A stretch of 63,572 bases of DNA. Origin: Octopus bimaculoides (taxonomy: Eukaryota). Position 1 is the stretch's first letter, and every line of letters begins with the position of its first letter. Below the pieces are notes generated by a model. That model was given only the letters and a program-made list of their open reading frames with translations. It was not told where the DNA came from and did not search any database. The stretch is from positions 35,212,031 through 35,275,602 of the forward strand of contig NC_068998.1 of NCBI RefSeq assembly GCF_001194135.2, given 5' to 3'. Shown piece after piece: positions 38,461-49,596 of the stretch. Position numbers and translations under genes: made by a program.

Positions 38461-39066
38461 TTCTTTCTTTTTATTGACTACAAGGGCTAATATAAATCAA
38501 AAACATTAAAGGACAACACAAGACAATAAACAAAGGGTTTTAGAAAAAATAAGTCCGTGTAAACATTTCATAACGAAGATAACAATATAACTAGTAAAAA
38601 CTGCCAATAGGGAGAGGTGCTTTGAAGATTACTCGTGGAAAACCCATAGAAGCTAATGGTGCCTGGTCAACAGGGCGAGAGCCCTTTCTCCCTTTTATAC
38701 CTTTATTTTACAGGTGTAATCTCAGAATTGGTCTCACCTTCCTTTTCAAGTGGAACTTGAAAAAGTTGATGAGGGATTGGCCAAAGAGGAAAGTGTCTGA
38801 CTTTAGCCCTTTCAAACAGGTCCACCATACCACTTCTTTTGCTACAGCCACCAGGCAAATGAAAATTGCCTTCGTCTCCTGGTTAAAGGAGGCCTGGATG
38901 GTCTACTCTAGGAGTTTTAATTTCAATGCCAGACTTGTTTGTGGGCCTTTTGGCAGACATCTACTGCAACTGGCAACAAAACGGGAGAATTTCTACTTTT
39001 GTTTGTCGAGGGGTGATGGCACTGCTGAGAAAGGACCCAAACAAGGGGGACATCATAGAAAACTTC
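38461..39066 (-). mobile_element. Tx1/L1-clade LINE 3' end with an inverted RT segment
   Basis: Minus strand: SFNQETKAIFICLVAVAKEVVWWTCLKGL...FFKFHLKRKVR plus 3' UTR. Plus strand 38910-39066: SMPDLFVGLLADIYCNWQQNGRI...LLRKDPNKGDIIENF (RT N-terminal region). (AAT)n on both sides. Confidence 0.75.
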
Positions 39067-39242
39067 AATAATAATAATAATAATAGTAATAATAGTAACA
39101 ATAGTAGGCACTGCACACATCCTACATAAAACACTTTCAATACAGTATAAATAAGAACACCACAACAAACCACAGCAGATACCCAAAGCACACAGAGCTG
39201 CACTCAGTAGTGCAGTGAAAGCACATGATAAAAATAAGACTA

Positions 39243-39277
<35 letters not shown>

Positions 39278-39659
39278 TGATGATAATACTGTGTTTCTTG
39301 TGGAATAAATGTCATTTCAGTGTTACTTGCAGTTTCCCAACCCTACCCTGCATGTAAAAACATGGTAGTACAGGTAACAGTAACTATTTCAGAAATACCC
39401 AGAAATATTGGTATTACTATTGTTGTTCTTAGTGTTGTGAACATTACAATGAAAACATTTTCCTAAATGGTTAATGATTAAAGCTACTTTGCTACATACT
39501 TCAGAAGTCTGTGATCATCACAACTTCTCTTTTTTTCTTCATTACTGATAATTAGCAGTCATGTAGGACTATTTGCACAATGTTTACTTCATTTTCTTCA
39601 ATTTTCCCTTTGGTTCTTTTTCTTTATCTTATTATATTTGCATTTTTCTTTTGTAACAG

Positions 39660-39745
39660 AACAGTCAGGTTACATGTGAACAACTACGAGAACATTACAA
39701 CAACATGGAATGTCATTGGATACATTAAAGGGGAATTAGAGCCAG
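39660..39745 (+). CDS. FOLH1: GCPII/NAALADase-like, internal exon C
   Basis: taacag acceptor, gtaag donor, phase 2/1. (L)TVRLHVNNYENITTTWNVIGYIKGELEP matches '[28 protein letters not shown]'. Confidence 0.95.
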
Positions 39746-40139
39746 GTAAGAGCAATCCTTACATAATATGCATAACTAACTGTTTTTTTGTGGATTGGTG
39801 TACTGTGGCTATATAATAGGACAAATGAATGCAGCTGTTCCAGAGATTTATCTCAATATTTTGTTGAAATTTACAAATTAAGCCAACATAAACTAGTGTA
39901 GTGTAACAAATACTTAAGAGAAATGCTTTTGTGTTGTGGTTTACATATATAAACATTGAAGCACCCGTTACAGATTTGTGTTGGAAAGTTAAAATATATT
40001 CATATTTGTGTGTGTGTGATTGGGGAGTAACTACTTAACAAAATCTGTGCTTTGGATATCTATCCAAAGTGATTGGTTCAGCAATGATTACTTGCATCTA
40101 TTTAAATAGCATATGGAAGAATGGTAACTATATAGGCAT

Positions 40140-41340
40140 GGCTGTGTGATACTATATCTGTTAATCTATCTGTGATTCCATTGCACCTCTTATGTGTCCA
40201 TAATTTACACTGGGTGAAGTGAATGGAATTTCTTCCAGCTCCTTTCGTATATACTGAGCAGGGCCATTTACCTGATGGGAAGAAAGTTTTATCTTCTTTC
40301 TTACTAACAACAACTTTGGTCTTTGCTAGGTTAACTTTAAGACCCTTTGATCCTAGGTTTTGTTTCCATACCTGAAATTTTTCCAATTCTGCTAAAGATT
40401 CTGCTATAAGAGCAAGGTCATCAGCATATAGCAGTTCCTACAGACACTCAATTTTGAATTACTCTGTTATGACCTGGATGACTATAATGAATAAGAGTAG
40501 GCTGAGAATTGAGCCCTGGTGAGCCCCTACCTGTTTGCTAAATTCATCACTGTATTCATGGCCAACTCTCACCTTACTGACAGCACCACTGTCCTTGGCT
40601 TATACAGCTCTAACAAGCCACTCCTCTACTCCTAACTTGCTTAGAGACCACCAGAGCTGGGAACTCTGTTGTAAGCTTTTGGCCAAGTACTTTTCCTGCA
40701 GCTGTCTCACTAGGAAGATGGCATCTATGGTACTCTTCCCAGGTACAAAACCAAACTGAATCTCATCTAGTTTAATTCTATTTCTAATCAAATGAACTAT
40801 AACCCTCTCAGTAGCTTTCATGACTTGGTCAAGCAATTTAATACCTCTGTAGTTGTTTCTATCTAAGGCATCACGTTTACGTGTGTAACAGCTAACTATA
40901 ATACTACTACACCAGTCATTGGGGAGGGTGACTTCCTGAATAACCTGATTAATTTTATGGGTGACTAAGCTGTATCCTACACCACCAGAAACTTTAATCA
41001 TCTCAGCAGTGATTCCTGATGGCCCAGGGGCTTTCCCTGTCTTCATGTCCTTAATTGCCTTATCTACTATGCTGCTATTATCTCTGATAGCTGGTCACTC
41101 AATTGGTTTGATAATTGGTTGACTCTCCTTCTCCCATTCCTTTTCCACATTTAGTAACCTTTCATAGTGACACTTCCACACATCTTTCTTCTCTGAGTCA
41201 CTAAGTGCAAGTATACCATTATCCATCCGCACACCAAGCTGTAAAAACCATGCAAGAACAGGCAATGGTGCCTGTTGTGGGCCCCTGGCCTTACCAGCTC
41301 TAGTCAAACCATGTAATCCATGCCAGAGAACATTAAAAAA
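40140..41340 (-). mobile_element. RTE-clade LINE RT fragment abutting a sense 3' tail
   Basis: KTGKAPGPSGITAEMIK, NYRGIKLLDQVMK, QFGFVPGKST, ELLYADDLALIA, WPCSV...WTHKRC. A + strand RTE tail follows at ~41237-41340. Confidence 0.92.
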
Positions 41341-41479
41341 CTCCTCCTCCTCCTCCTGATTGAATTAAAAAGACAGAGTATTCCATGGACATATGTCCTT
41401 AAAGTAATTCTGCTAGAGAATTGATGTAACAGTATGTGACAAGATTAGACTTTTGAACTACAGATTCAGTCATCCAGTG

Positions 41480-41696
41480 GTCTTCCACACATTTTCTGTC
41501 TACCCAGTTTCATTCATAAGAATTCGATCAACCCAAGTTCATGGTAGCTATATAACAAAATCCACACCATGGATAATTGTCATCCAAAGACATTGTTTCA
41601 GCAAAGATCATTTATAAAGAGACACTTATACCACACAGCAGGATTGAACCTGAAGCCTCATCATTGCAAAGCAGTCTTCTTAACCATTTAGGCATG
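41480..41696 (-). mobile_element. Decayed tRNA-SINE fragment
   Basis: gagacacttataccacacagcaggattgaacc...cttcttaaccatttaggcatgc, an antisense SINE head. Confidence 0.5.
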
Positions 41697-41959
41697 CTAT
41701 ATGGAGGAATGGTTAAGCTACATAGTTACCAATACACTCACACACATTACATATGTGTCATGTCCTTATTGTTTAACCAAGGTCAGCTCTGCCCATCCTA
41801 TATCCTTTCAGATTCAATGTTTCTAAGACTACATTTATCCTATTGTTTTCTTTATTTATTTTAAACACTAGGATGTTGTGGAAAGGAAATTTTTTTTTAT
41901 TTTCCAGTGACAACACAGACATTTCCTTATTACGTGTCATATGTATATATGCTATTTCT

Positions 41960-42168
41960 CACGTAGCATTTAATTGGCTAAGATTCAAACATTGTACCAG
42001 TTTCATATTCAAGCTGGTCAGTTCCAGCACCTACCTTCAATGTCATTGTAAAATAAACAACCATATCACCAAAATCTTGAAACTGTGAAACTATGTATCG
42101 TTAATTCAAAACAATATGAATAAATAAGCATTATATTTGACAGAGTAATTGGAATGCTAAATGGTTAA
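41960..42168. mobile_element. Second, diverged copy of the piggyBac-type MITE
   Basis: Colinear with 6678-6896 (ttaattcaaaa...gaataaataagcatta...tttgaca.agtaat...aatgctaaatggttaa). Confidence 0.7.
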
Positions 42169-43249
42169 GTCAGCTAGGTAAAGACTACACCTCCAAGTAA
42201 TATTCATGTGAGGAGGAGCTGTCTTTTGCTTTGCAAACTAATGAATTAGTTAAATGGAGGATTGTGCTTCATGTGATAGATCAAAAGTGATTTTTGCTCA
42301 ATTGAAATTGTAATTATGATTTTATAAGTATCAGACTCCCTTCTTTTTCCTGCATATATCCATTCAAATTTTGGTTAATTGAAATTTCAAGAGTTTTCAC
42401 CTTTGCTTCCTTTGAGAGAATTTTCATTAATGCCTATGAATTTTCTTCTTTTATCATTAATTTTGTCAATCAATTTTGGTTCAGATTATGTTTCATAGCC
42501 AGCTCTTAACTACATAATCTACATAACGATGGTACCCTTGAGAAATATTCAAATGTTATTCTTTTAAATTTACTAATCAGTGGATTATTTTTGCACCAAA
42601 ATTATATATCTCTCCAGGTCATTCTTTAGTTAAGCAGCTTTGTGTTGTCTATGTTATGCCATGATCTAATAGCACTCCAGCCTGTCTGGAGCTATCACCA
42701 TAGCTACCTGAGATAGGATCCATTTACTCCCTTGCATATCACAACTTAAGTATTAGTCAATAAAAATATTCAGAATTATAATATTATCCCATTTGAGAAA
42801 TGCTACTTTAATTTTAATTGATTAAAAACTATTGCCAGCTCACCACATTACATACGATAGCCTGAACTTATATATTCTTTATGCAGAAGAGATTCTTTGG
42901 GAGTTTTCTAGTATTACAATAAATCAGTTGTCAGATGTATAATGTTGTTCCTACCTATAGCAGTGAAGGGTATCTGTCCTGAAGTATTACCTATTTATTA
43001 TTAGATAGGAATATGCCATTTCTAGAAACTGCCATTGTAGCAACTTGTTTTATATGGTAGACTTTATTTCATAGATACAAAATCCTGGTGTTAGTTGATA
43101 TATGATTCACAACTAAACACTTGAAAGTGGCTTTCTTATAGAAGTGGTATTAATGAATCCATCCTCTGTGATTTAGAGTTGGAAATCAGAGAAAGATTTG
43201 ATGTCTGGATGATCCACTTCAAAGTCTATTTGGTGGTCGAGGTGGTTAT

Positions 43250-44265
43250 TCATGCTGTTTGTCTCCACCCTAAGAAGTCAACATAGATTAAATTATGTGG
43301 TTTCATCAAATTTTTGTCCCCAAAGGCTGCTCTTCATTGAACCAAACAGATAGAAATTATGGGACACCAGGCCTAAGCTATACAAGGATTGGGTGGCCAC
43401 TAACTAATACAGTTTGTTAATTGCATAAAACTCATGTGTGATCATGCTATGTCATGATGAATGTGGATAATTTTCTGATTCTTGTTTGGTGTCTTCCTTC
43501 TAATGGCTTCTTCAAGCTTTTTGAATGTCTCAGTATACTGCTTGTTGTTCAAGATGCAGCCACATTCTTGAAAGTGATGGAGATACCCTTGTCATCTGCA
43601 ACTATAACTTCCTGTGTCAATCATTGGCTCTTGAATTTCTTAGGCTTTGGAGAAAAGTTGGGATGCTATTACCACAGTTCATCTCATGTCACCAGATCAG
43701 AAAAAAAAAACATGTCTTCAAGGTAGATCTTCAAATGCTTCCAGAGTAGACTTCCACTACTCTCACTTTCAAATCATGTGCCATCTGGTGAAGTACCCAC
43801 TTTGCACACATTTTCTGGTACCCAAATTATTCTAACCATTTCTGTAATACATTGTGATGACAGTCCAGTTGTGTAGCAAGCTCATAGACTGTGATTCACT
43901 TGTGTCTATCATCCACTCACTGGTGTTTTGTGTCAGTGATTGCAGTTGGTAGTTTCCTACTGTGTGATTTGTCTTTTGTGCTGGTTGCCCTTTAAACTTT
44001 TTCACATGTCTATGTACATTTCTCTTGTCACTGGTGTCATCTCTGTAAACATCTCATAACCTTCTGTAGGTGTTCAACAGCCTGACGGCTCCTTTGTCAG
44101 GAACTTAAAGACAGCATGTTGCTTCTACTTGTTAGCCATCATTTACCTGCAATGACAAAACAGGCAGAAGAGTTGTAGAGGAAAAGTTACTCTACCAACA
44201 CATGCAATTCTTATGACATATGTCAGTTAAAACATGTGATGCCTACATTTGTACCCTCAGTACAA
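43250..44265 (-). mobile_element. Decayed mariner transposon
   Basis: QHAVFKFLTK, LGYQKMCAKWVL, LVT*DE, PKPKKFK, HIHHDIA, FYLFGSMK...GQKF. TIR-like tactgagggtac at the right end. Confidence 0.75.
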
Positions 44266-44281
44266 CCCTTGTGTGTCTATG

Positions 44282-44327
<46 letters not shown>

Positions 44328-44337
44328 NNNNNNNNNN

Positions 44338-44493
44338 GGCGTTAGGAAGGGCATCCAGCTGTAGAAACTCTGCCAAATTTAGATTGGAGCCTGGTGTTGC
44401 CATCCGGTTTCACCAGTCCTCAGTCAAATCGTCCAACCCATGCTAGCATGGAAAGCGGACGTTAAACGATGATGATGATGATGATGATGATGA
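44338..44493 (+). mobile_element. RTE-tailed element 3' end (young)
   Basis: Nearly identical to 21565-21690 and ends gcggacgttaaac(gat)n; the 5' part falls in an assembly gap. Confidence 0.9.
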
Positions 44494-45677
44494 TACACAC
44501 ACACAGAGATATATAGAGAGAGATAGAGATAGATAGATAGACAGACATACAGACAGACATACATACACATGCACACACACACACACATTTACATATGTAA
44601 TACACACAGACTTGCTTATTCCTTTACTTGTCTTTTTCTTTCTTTTAGTCATTCATCCATTCTTTCTTGTTTTTCATTTATTCATTCCTCCTTTTTTTCA
44701 TGATTCTCCCCACTTCAGTACATGACATTATTTTCAATTTTTCATCTTGTTCTCTGTGTTTAAATACAATATAGCTTTTTGCATCTGAACAGCCTTTTGT
44801 TGTATTCATACGTGTAGTCTATTATTATAGACATGTTGTATAAGTGCCTGCATGCACGCAAGTATGTACATATGTCTGTATTTCTGTGCCTATGATTATG
44901 CATATATATATATAAATAAATATATATATGTGTGTGCGTGTGTGAATATTTGAGTGTACACACATACACATATGTATATATTAGATAAAATCATACAAGT
45001 AAAACAAGGAAGATTATGATAAGGTAAGGAGAAAACCAACAAGTGAATAATACATGAAGTTAGATAAGTAAAAATACGTGATGGAAAAAAAAGTATAGAA
45101 AACAGAACAAAACATTAACAATCACAGAATGTGTACAATGAAAATAAATTTGCCACATGAAAAGATATATATGTGATGTTTCAAGTTATATCCTTTATCA
45201 AAGAAAAGTAAAAAAAAAATAAAAAGGTGGAGTAGGAAGAAACAGTGGAACAATACCTAATTTTGTAACATCTGTTTACATTTCAGGCTATTTAAACCAG
45301 ATAAAAAGAACTTTCTTTTTTAGTATGTATGTCTGTGTTTGTGTGTGTGTGTGTGTGTGGGGGGGGGTCCATTAATCTGAACAACAATTTGATTACTCAA
45401 CATTATGTAGAGTGTAAGATATGTGAAAAAATGCATACCAGGTATTTGGTTATCAACTTACTTGTAGCATATCAAAAATACAACAGGTGTCCATTCATTG
45501 TTGTTGTTATGTTGTTTTATTCAACTAAAATGAGGCCATTAGTTGATGGTAGACAGTGTAAGAGATGTAATTGTGTTGCTATGCAACTACTTATTTCCTT
45601 TTGGCTTGGTCAAACATTTTGCATCAACATTCACCTACATGTCCCTATATCTGTCTCTGTATCCTCTTCTAAATGCT

Positions 45678-45797
45678 CATTACAGCCATATCACACTGAA
45701 AACACCGGTTCTCATCTGATCACCAAAGTTGAGCAATATCAAGCCTAGTTAGTACTTAGATGGGTGACCTCTTGGGAAACTTAGGTGCTGTTAACAT
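45678..45797 (+). rRNA. Full-length 5S rRNA-derived copy (probably a retro-pseudogene or SINE head, not a functional gene)
   Basis: TACAGCCATATCACACTGAAAACACCGGTTCTCATCTGATCACCAAAGTTGAGCAATATCAAGCCTAGTTAGTACTTAGATGGGTGACCTCTTGGGAAACTTAGGTGCTGT is colinear with invertebrate 5S rRNA. Box A (45727-45741) and box C (from 45757) lie at the canonical +50 and +80. Many differences look like CpG decay. Confidence 0.9.
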
Positions 45798-45870
45798 CTT
45801 TTAAAGGTGGTGCTCCAGCATGGCCACAGTCTAATGACTGAAACAAGTTAAATAATAAAAGAATATAAAT
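45798..45870 (+). mobile_element. SINE/LINE 3' tail module fused to the 5S copy
   Basis: aaaggtggtgctccagcatggccacagtctaatgactgaaacaagttaaataataaaagaata has the same structure as the tails of the family-1 tRNA SINEs (e.g. 46530-46590). Confidence 0.9.
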
Positions 45871-45885
45871 AAATGTGGTTTTGAA

Positions 45886-46331
45886 GGTGCAGGAGTGGTC
45901 GTGTGGTAAGTAGCTTGCTTATCAACCACAAGGTTCCGGGTTCAGTCCCACTGTGTGGCACCTTGGGCAAGTGTCTTCTACTATAGCCTCGGGCCGACCA
46001 AAGCCTTGTGAGTGGATTTAGCAGACGGAAACTGAAAGAAGCCCGTCATATATATGTATATATGTATACATATATATGGATATACATATATATATATATG
46101 TATACATATATATGTATATACATATATATATATATANNNNNNNNNNNNNNNNNNNNNNNNNNNNNNNNNNNNNNNNNNNNNNNNNNNNNNNNNNNNNNNN
46201 NNNNNNNNNNNNNNNNNNNNNNNNNNNNNNNNNNNNNNNNNNNNNNNNNNNNNNNNNNNNNNNNNNNNNNNNNNNNNNNNNNNNNNNNNNNNNNNNNNNN
46301 NNNNNNNNNNNNNNNNNNNNNNNNNNNNNNN

Positions 46332-46368
<37 letters not shown>

Positions 46369-46590
46369 ATAGGTTAATGTGTCTGTGCTTGTCCCTGCAA
46401 CATCGCTTGACAACCGATACTGATGTGTTTACGTCCCTGTAACTTAGCGGTTCTGCAAAAAGAGACCGATAGAATAAGTACTAGGCTTACAAAGAATAAG
46501 TCCTGGAGTCAATTTGCTCGACTAAAAAGGCGGTGCTCCAGCATGGCCGCAGTTAAATGACTGAAACAAGTAAAAGAATAAAAGAATAAA
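45886..46590 (+). mobile_element. Family-1 tRNA-SINE, full length, with expanded internal (TA)n
   Basis: A-box-like tggtcgtgtgg, B-box-like ggttcagtcc, internal microsatellite with gap, tail ggcggtgctccagcatggccgcagttaaatgactgaaacaagtaaaagaataaaagaataaaa. Confidence 0.95.
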
Positions 46591-47126
46591 ATGTGTGCAT
46601 ATTTGTGGCAATTTACACACACACGCACAAACATCTACATATTCATACCCACATATGTTATGGGAGGTAGACATATGTAGATTCGAATGTGTGCAGTCTT
46701 ATGAGACATAAATAGATAGAGGATCAGAGACAAATAAACAAAATACACAAACTTACTGATAAATTGATAAGCATAAGGGAAGATAATTAAACAAGCAGAT
46801 AAACAAGTAGACAGACAGAACAATTGACAAACAGATAAATAAATACAAAAGTGATTAGATAATTAGACAGACAGACAGCTAGATGATACCAAATCTTTTA
46901 TTGTTCTGATTTTTATGTTTGATATATAAGAAAAATTCTGTTTTTTTTTTTTTTTCTAAGAAATCCTTTGATGGAAAAACATTGAATTAATTTGCCAATA
47001 TTTTTCTCAATTATACTAATTACTTTCCCATTAAGTTTGGATGTTAATGAAAATATGAATTAAATTATATTAAATAATGTTTGTGTATGTATATATATAT
47101 ATATATATATTCTGCTTCTACTTCAG

Positions 47127-47246
47127 ATCGGTATGTCATACTGGGAAATCATCATGATTCTTGGGTTTATAGTGCTGTAGATCCTTTGTCTGGGGCTGCA
47201 TCTTTGACTGAGATCACACGAGTTCTGGGAAATATGTCAATGGAAG
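47127..47246 (+). CDS. FOLH1: GCPII/NAALADase-like, internal exon D (zinc-ligand His and Asp)
   Basis: cttcag acceptor, gtaaat donor, phase 1/1. (D)[39 protein letters not shown] matches '[35 protein letters not shown]'. Confidence 0.96.
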
Positions 47247-47606
47247 GTAAATAAAATTTCTGAAGATTTTGTAATTGTTCTTTGTTTGCAAAAGGTAGTG
47301 CAGAAATGATCAGGTATCTGACTAAATACTTTGAAGTATTCAGGTACATGTTTTTTTATTCTTGAATTTAATACTTTACTCTACAGGAAGTAGTAATACC
47401 TATAGTCTTTGGAGGAACCAGTGAGATTGGTATCGTTGATGTTCTTCATGCTTGAAGTTACTTTAGGATTGATAAAATGTATACCAGCTATACCCACAGT
47501 TCATTCAACTGCTTATATCCTCCTCCTATAAAATTGAAACTTCTTTCAGTGTGAGATATTATTATTATTGCTTGCTTATAATAATGATGATAATAATAAT
47601 AATAAT

Positions 47607-47820
47607 CCTTTCTACTATAGGCACAAGGCCTAAAATTTGGGGGAGGGGGATAGTTGCTTACATTGACTCCAGTACTCAACTGGTACTTAATTTATCAACC
47701 CTGAAAAGATGAAAGGCAAAGTCAACCTCAGTAGAATTTAAACTCAGATCATGCAGACTGATAAAATGCAGCTCAGCATTTTGCCTGGCATGCTAATGAT
47801 TCTGCCAGCTCACTGCCTTA
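47607..47820 (-). mobile_element. Family-2 SINE in (AAT)n
   Basis: Antisense cctttctactatag tail through head tctgccagctcactgcc, with (AAT)n on both sides. Confidence 0.88.
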
Positions 47821-48640
47821 ATAATAATAATGATAATCATAATAATAATAATAATAATACTTATTGTCAGCATCACTACTACCATCATTGTTGTTGTTAG
47901 TCGGTGAAATTACAAAAGCAAGTAAGCTCTAGAATAAAGCCTTTGTGATATTTAGCTACATCACTTTAGAAGCTGAGTTCAAATCCTACAAGGACTGACT
48001 TTGTTTTCAGTCACTCCCTAAGTTTCCTGTATCATTTAGTAAGGCTGGAGTGGCAGTGCTTATGACCCTTTACAGGGCTTCCAAGATTAATGGGAAGGAG
48101 GCAGGAGAGGGTTCTCAAACCAGAAACTTGGCCTGAATGCAAGCAGCAACATGATGTCAAGTAAAGGCACCCAAGGATCAGATGGCAAATGCAATTTGAA
48201 TTCAGAACGCGAAGAGCCAGAACAGATATTGCAAGGTGTCATGTTCAACACTAACAATTCTGCCAGTCCATTGTCCCAGACTAATTATTTATTAATCCCG
48301 CAAAAACCTCAAGCTGACCTCAGCTAGAAACTGGAACAAATCCTAGGCATTAAATTTCAAACTAATTCATCACAATAGGTTGGTAAAAGAATAAACAAAT
48401 CCTGAGCTAAATCAATTAGCTATACTTGCTTGATTCTCTGTACATTTCTCACTTTTTACTAATGGTAGAAATCTTTATTACTATCTGAGAGCAGCAGAGA
48501 AAATGGTATTTAACTCTTGGCATTTTGCCAACAGTAGGAATCCTTATTTTCTGCAGTGCACTTAACAAGATGATATTAATTTCATCTCTTATTCCCTGAG
48601 AGCCTGTAAGCTCAAACTCCATGGAAATGATAACAATGGT

Positions 48641-48782
48641 GTATAAAGAAATCATCATCATCGTCGTCGTTGTCGTTTAACGTCTGCTTTCCATGCTGGC
48701 ATGGGTTGGATGGTTTGCCAGCATGGAAAGCGGACGTTAAATGATGATGATGATGAGGCTGATAATGATGATTTCTTTATAC
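48641..48782. repeat. Fold-back palindrome made of an RTE tail and its flank
   Basis: 26-bp arms 48676-48701 and 48716-48741 (one T:G pair), extended by (ATC)n/(GAT)n and gtataaagaa/ttctttatac. Confidence 0.9.
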
Positions 48783-49596
48783 GAAAGCATATAACCCACC
48801 ATGGGACTTTGAGTTACATCCATAGCTTGTGCCTTAGTGTGGTGGGTCAAAAGGCAGTAAGTCTAGTGGAATCAGTACTTCCCTAAGTTATTGATTATTT
48901 GTAATTGGAGACTAGAGACTCACCCTAAAATCAAAGTTGTATAATAACCTTAGATTACAAAGAACTTCTAATCCTTTAATGGTGCTTACATACCAGCGAT
49001 ATACTTAATGCTCTCCTTTACAAAAATTGCTATTATTATCTTGAATAAATAGAAGATAAATTTGACCAATCAACAAGAAATGACAAGCCCAGAGTTTTGG
49101 CAGCACCAAGCATTAGAAATATCTAAAACATTTGGAATGATTGTCTAGTGTCTGACTCTTCTCCTACTTCCATATACTGAACCTTGTCATATAATAAATA
49201 TCTCTTATCATCCTTATTGTTATTAATTAGTAGTCTTCAACACTAAGACATAAATGACTTTTATACAAAACATTTATTTCATCAATATCATTCATTGTTT
49301 GGCAAAGATCTTGTGGTATTTTCTGGGGAAATTAAAGAAACATAAAAACAAAACATTTTACTTGAGATTTTACTTTTCTTTCCGTTGTTTATTTGATATT
49401 CTTGTGCTTCTATTCTTTTCCTTCTCTTTCCATCTCCTTTAATGTCACTCAATCGCAATTTGTTATTTAGTGTGATTTCTGAAGAGACAGTGTTTTATAT
49501 TTAAGTACTTTAATTTTTTAGGACTAAAATTGATTATGTGACTGATTGTGAAAGAAAATAACCATTATTATAATTATTGTTAAAAACAGATATTTT

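Noticed and set aside
45678-45797. Functional 5S rRNA gene
   Set aside because: Single copy, numerous CpG-type and stem-disrupting substitutions, and fused to a retroelement tail.
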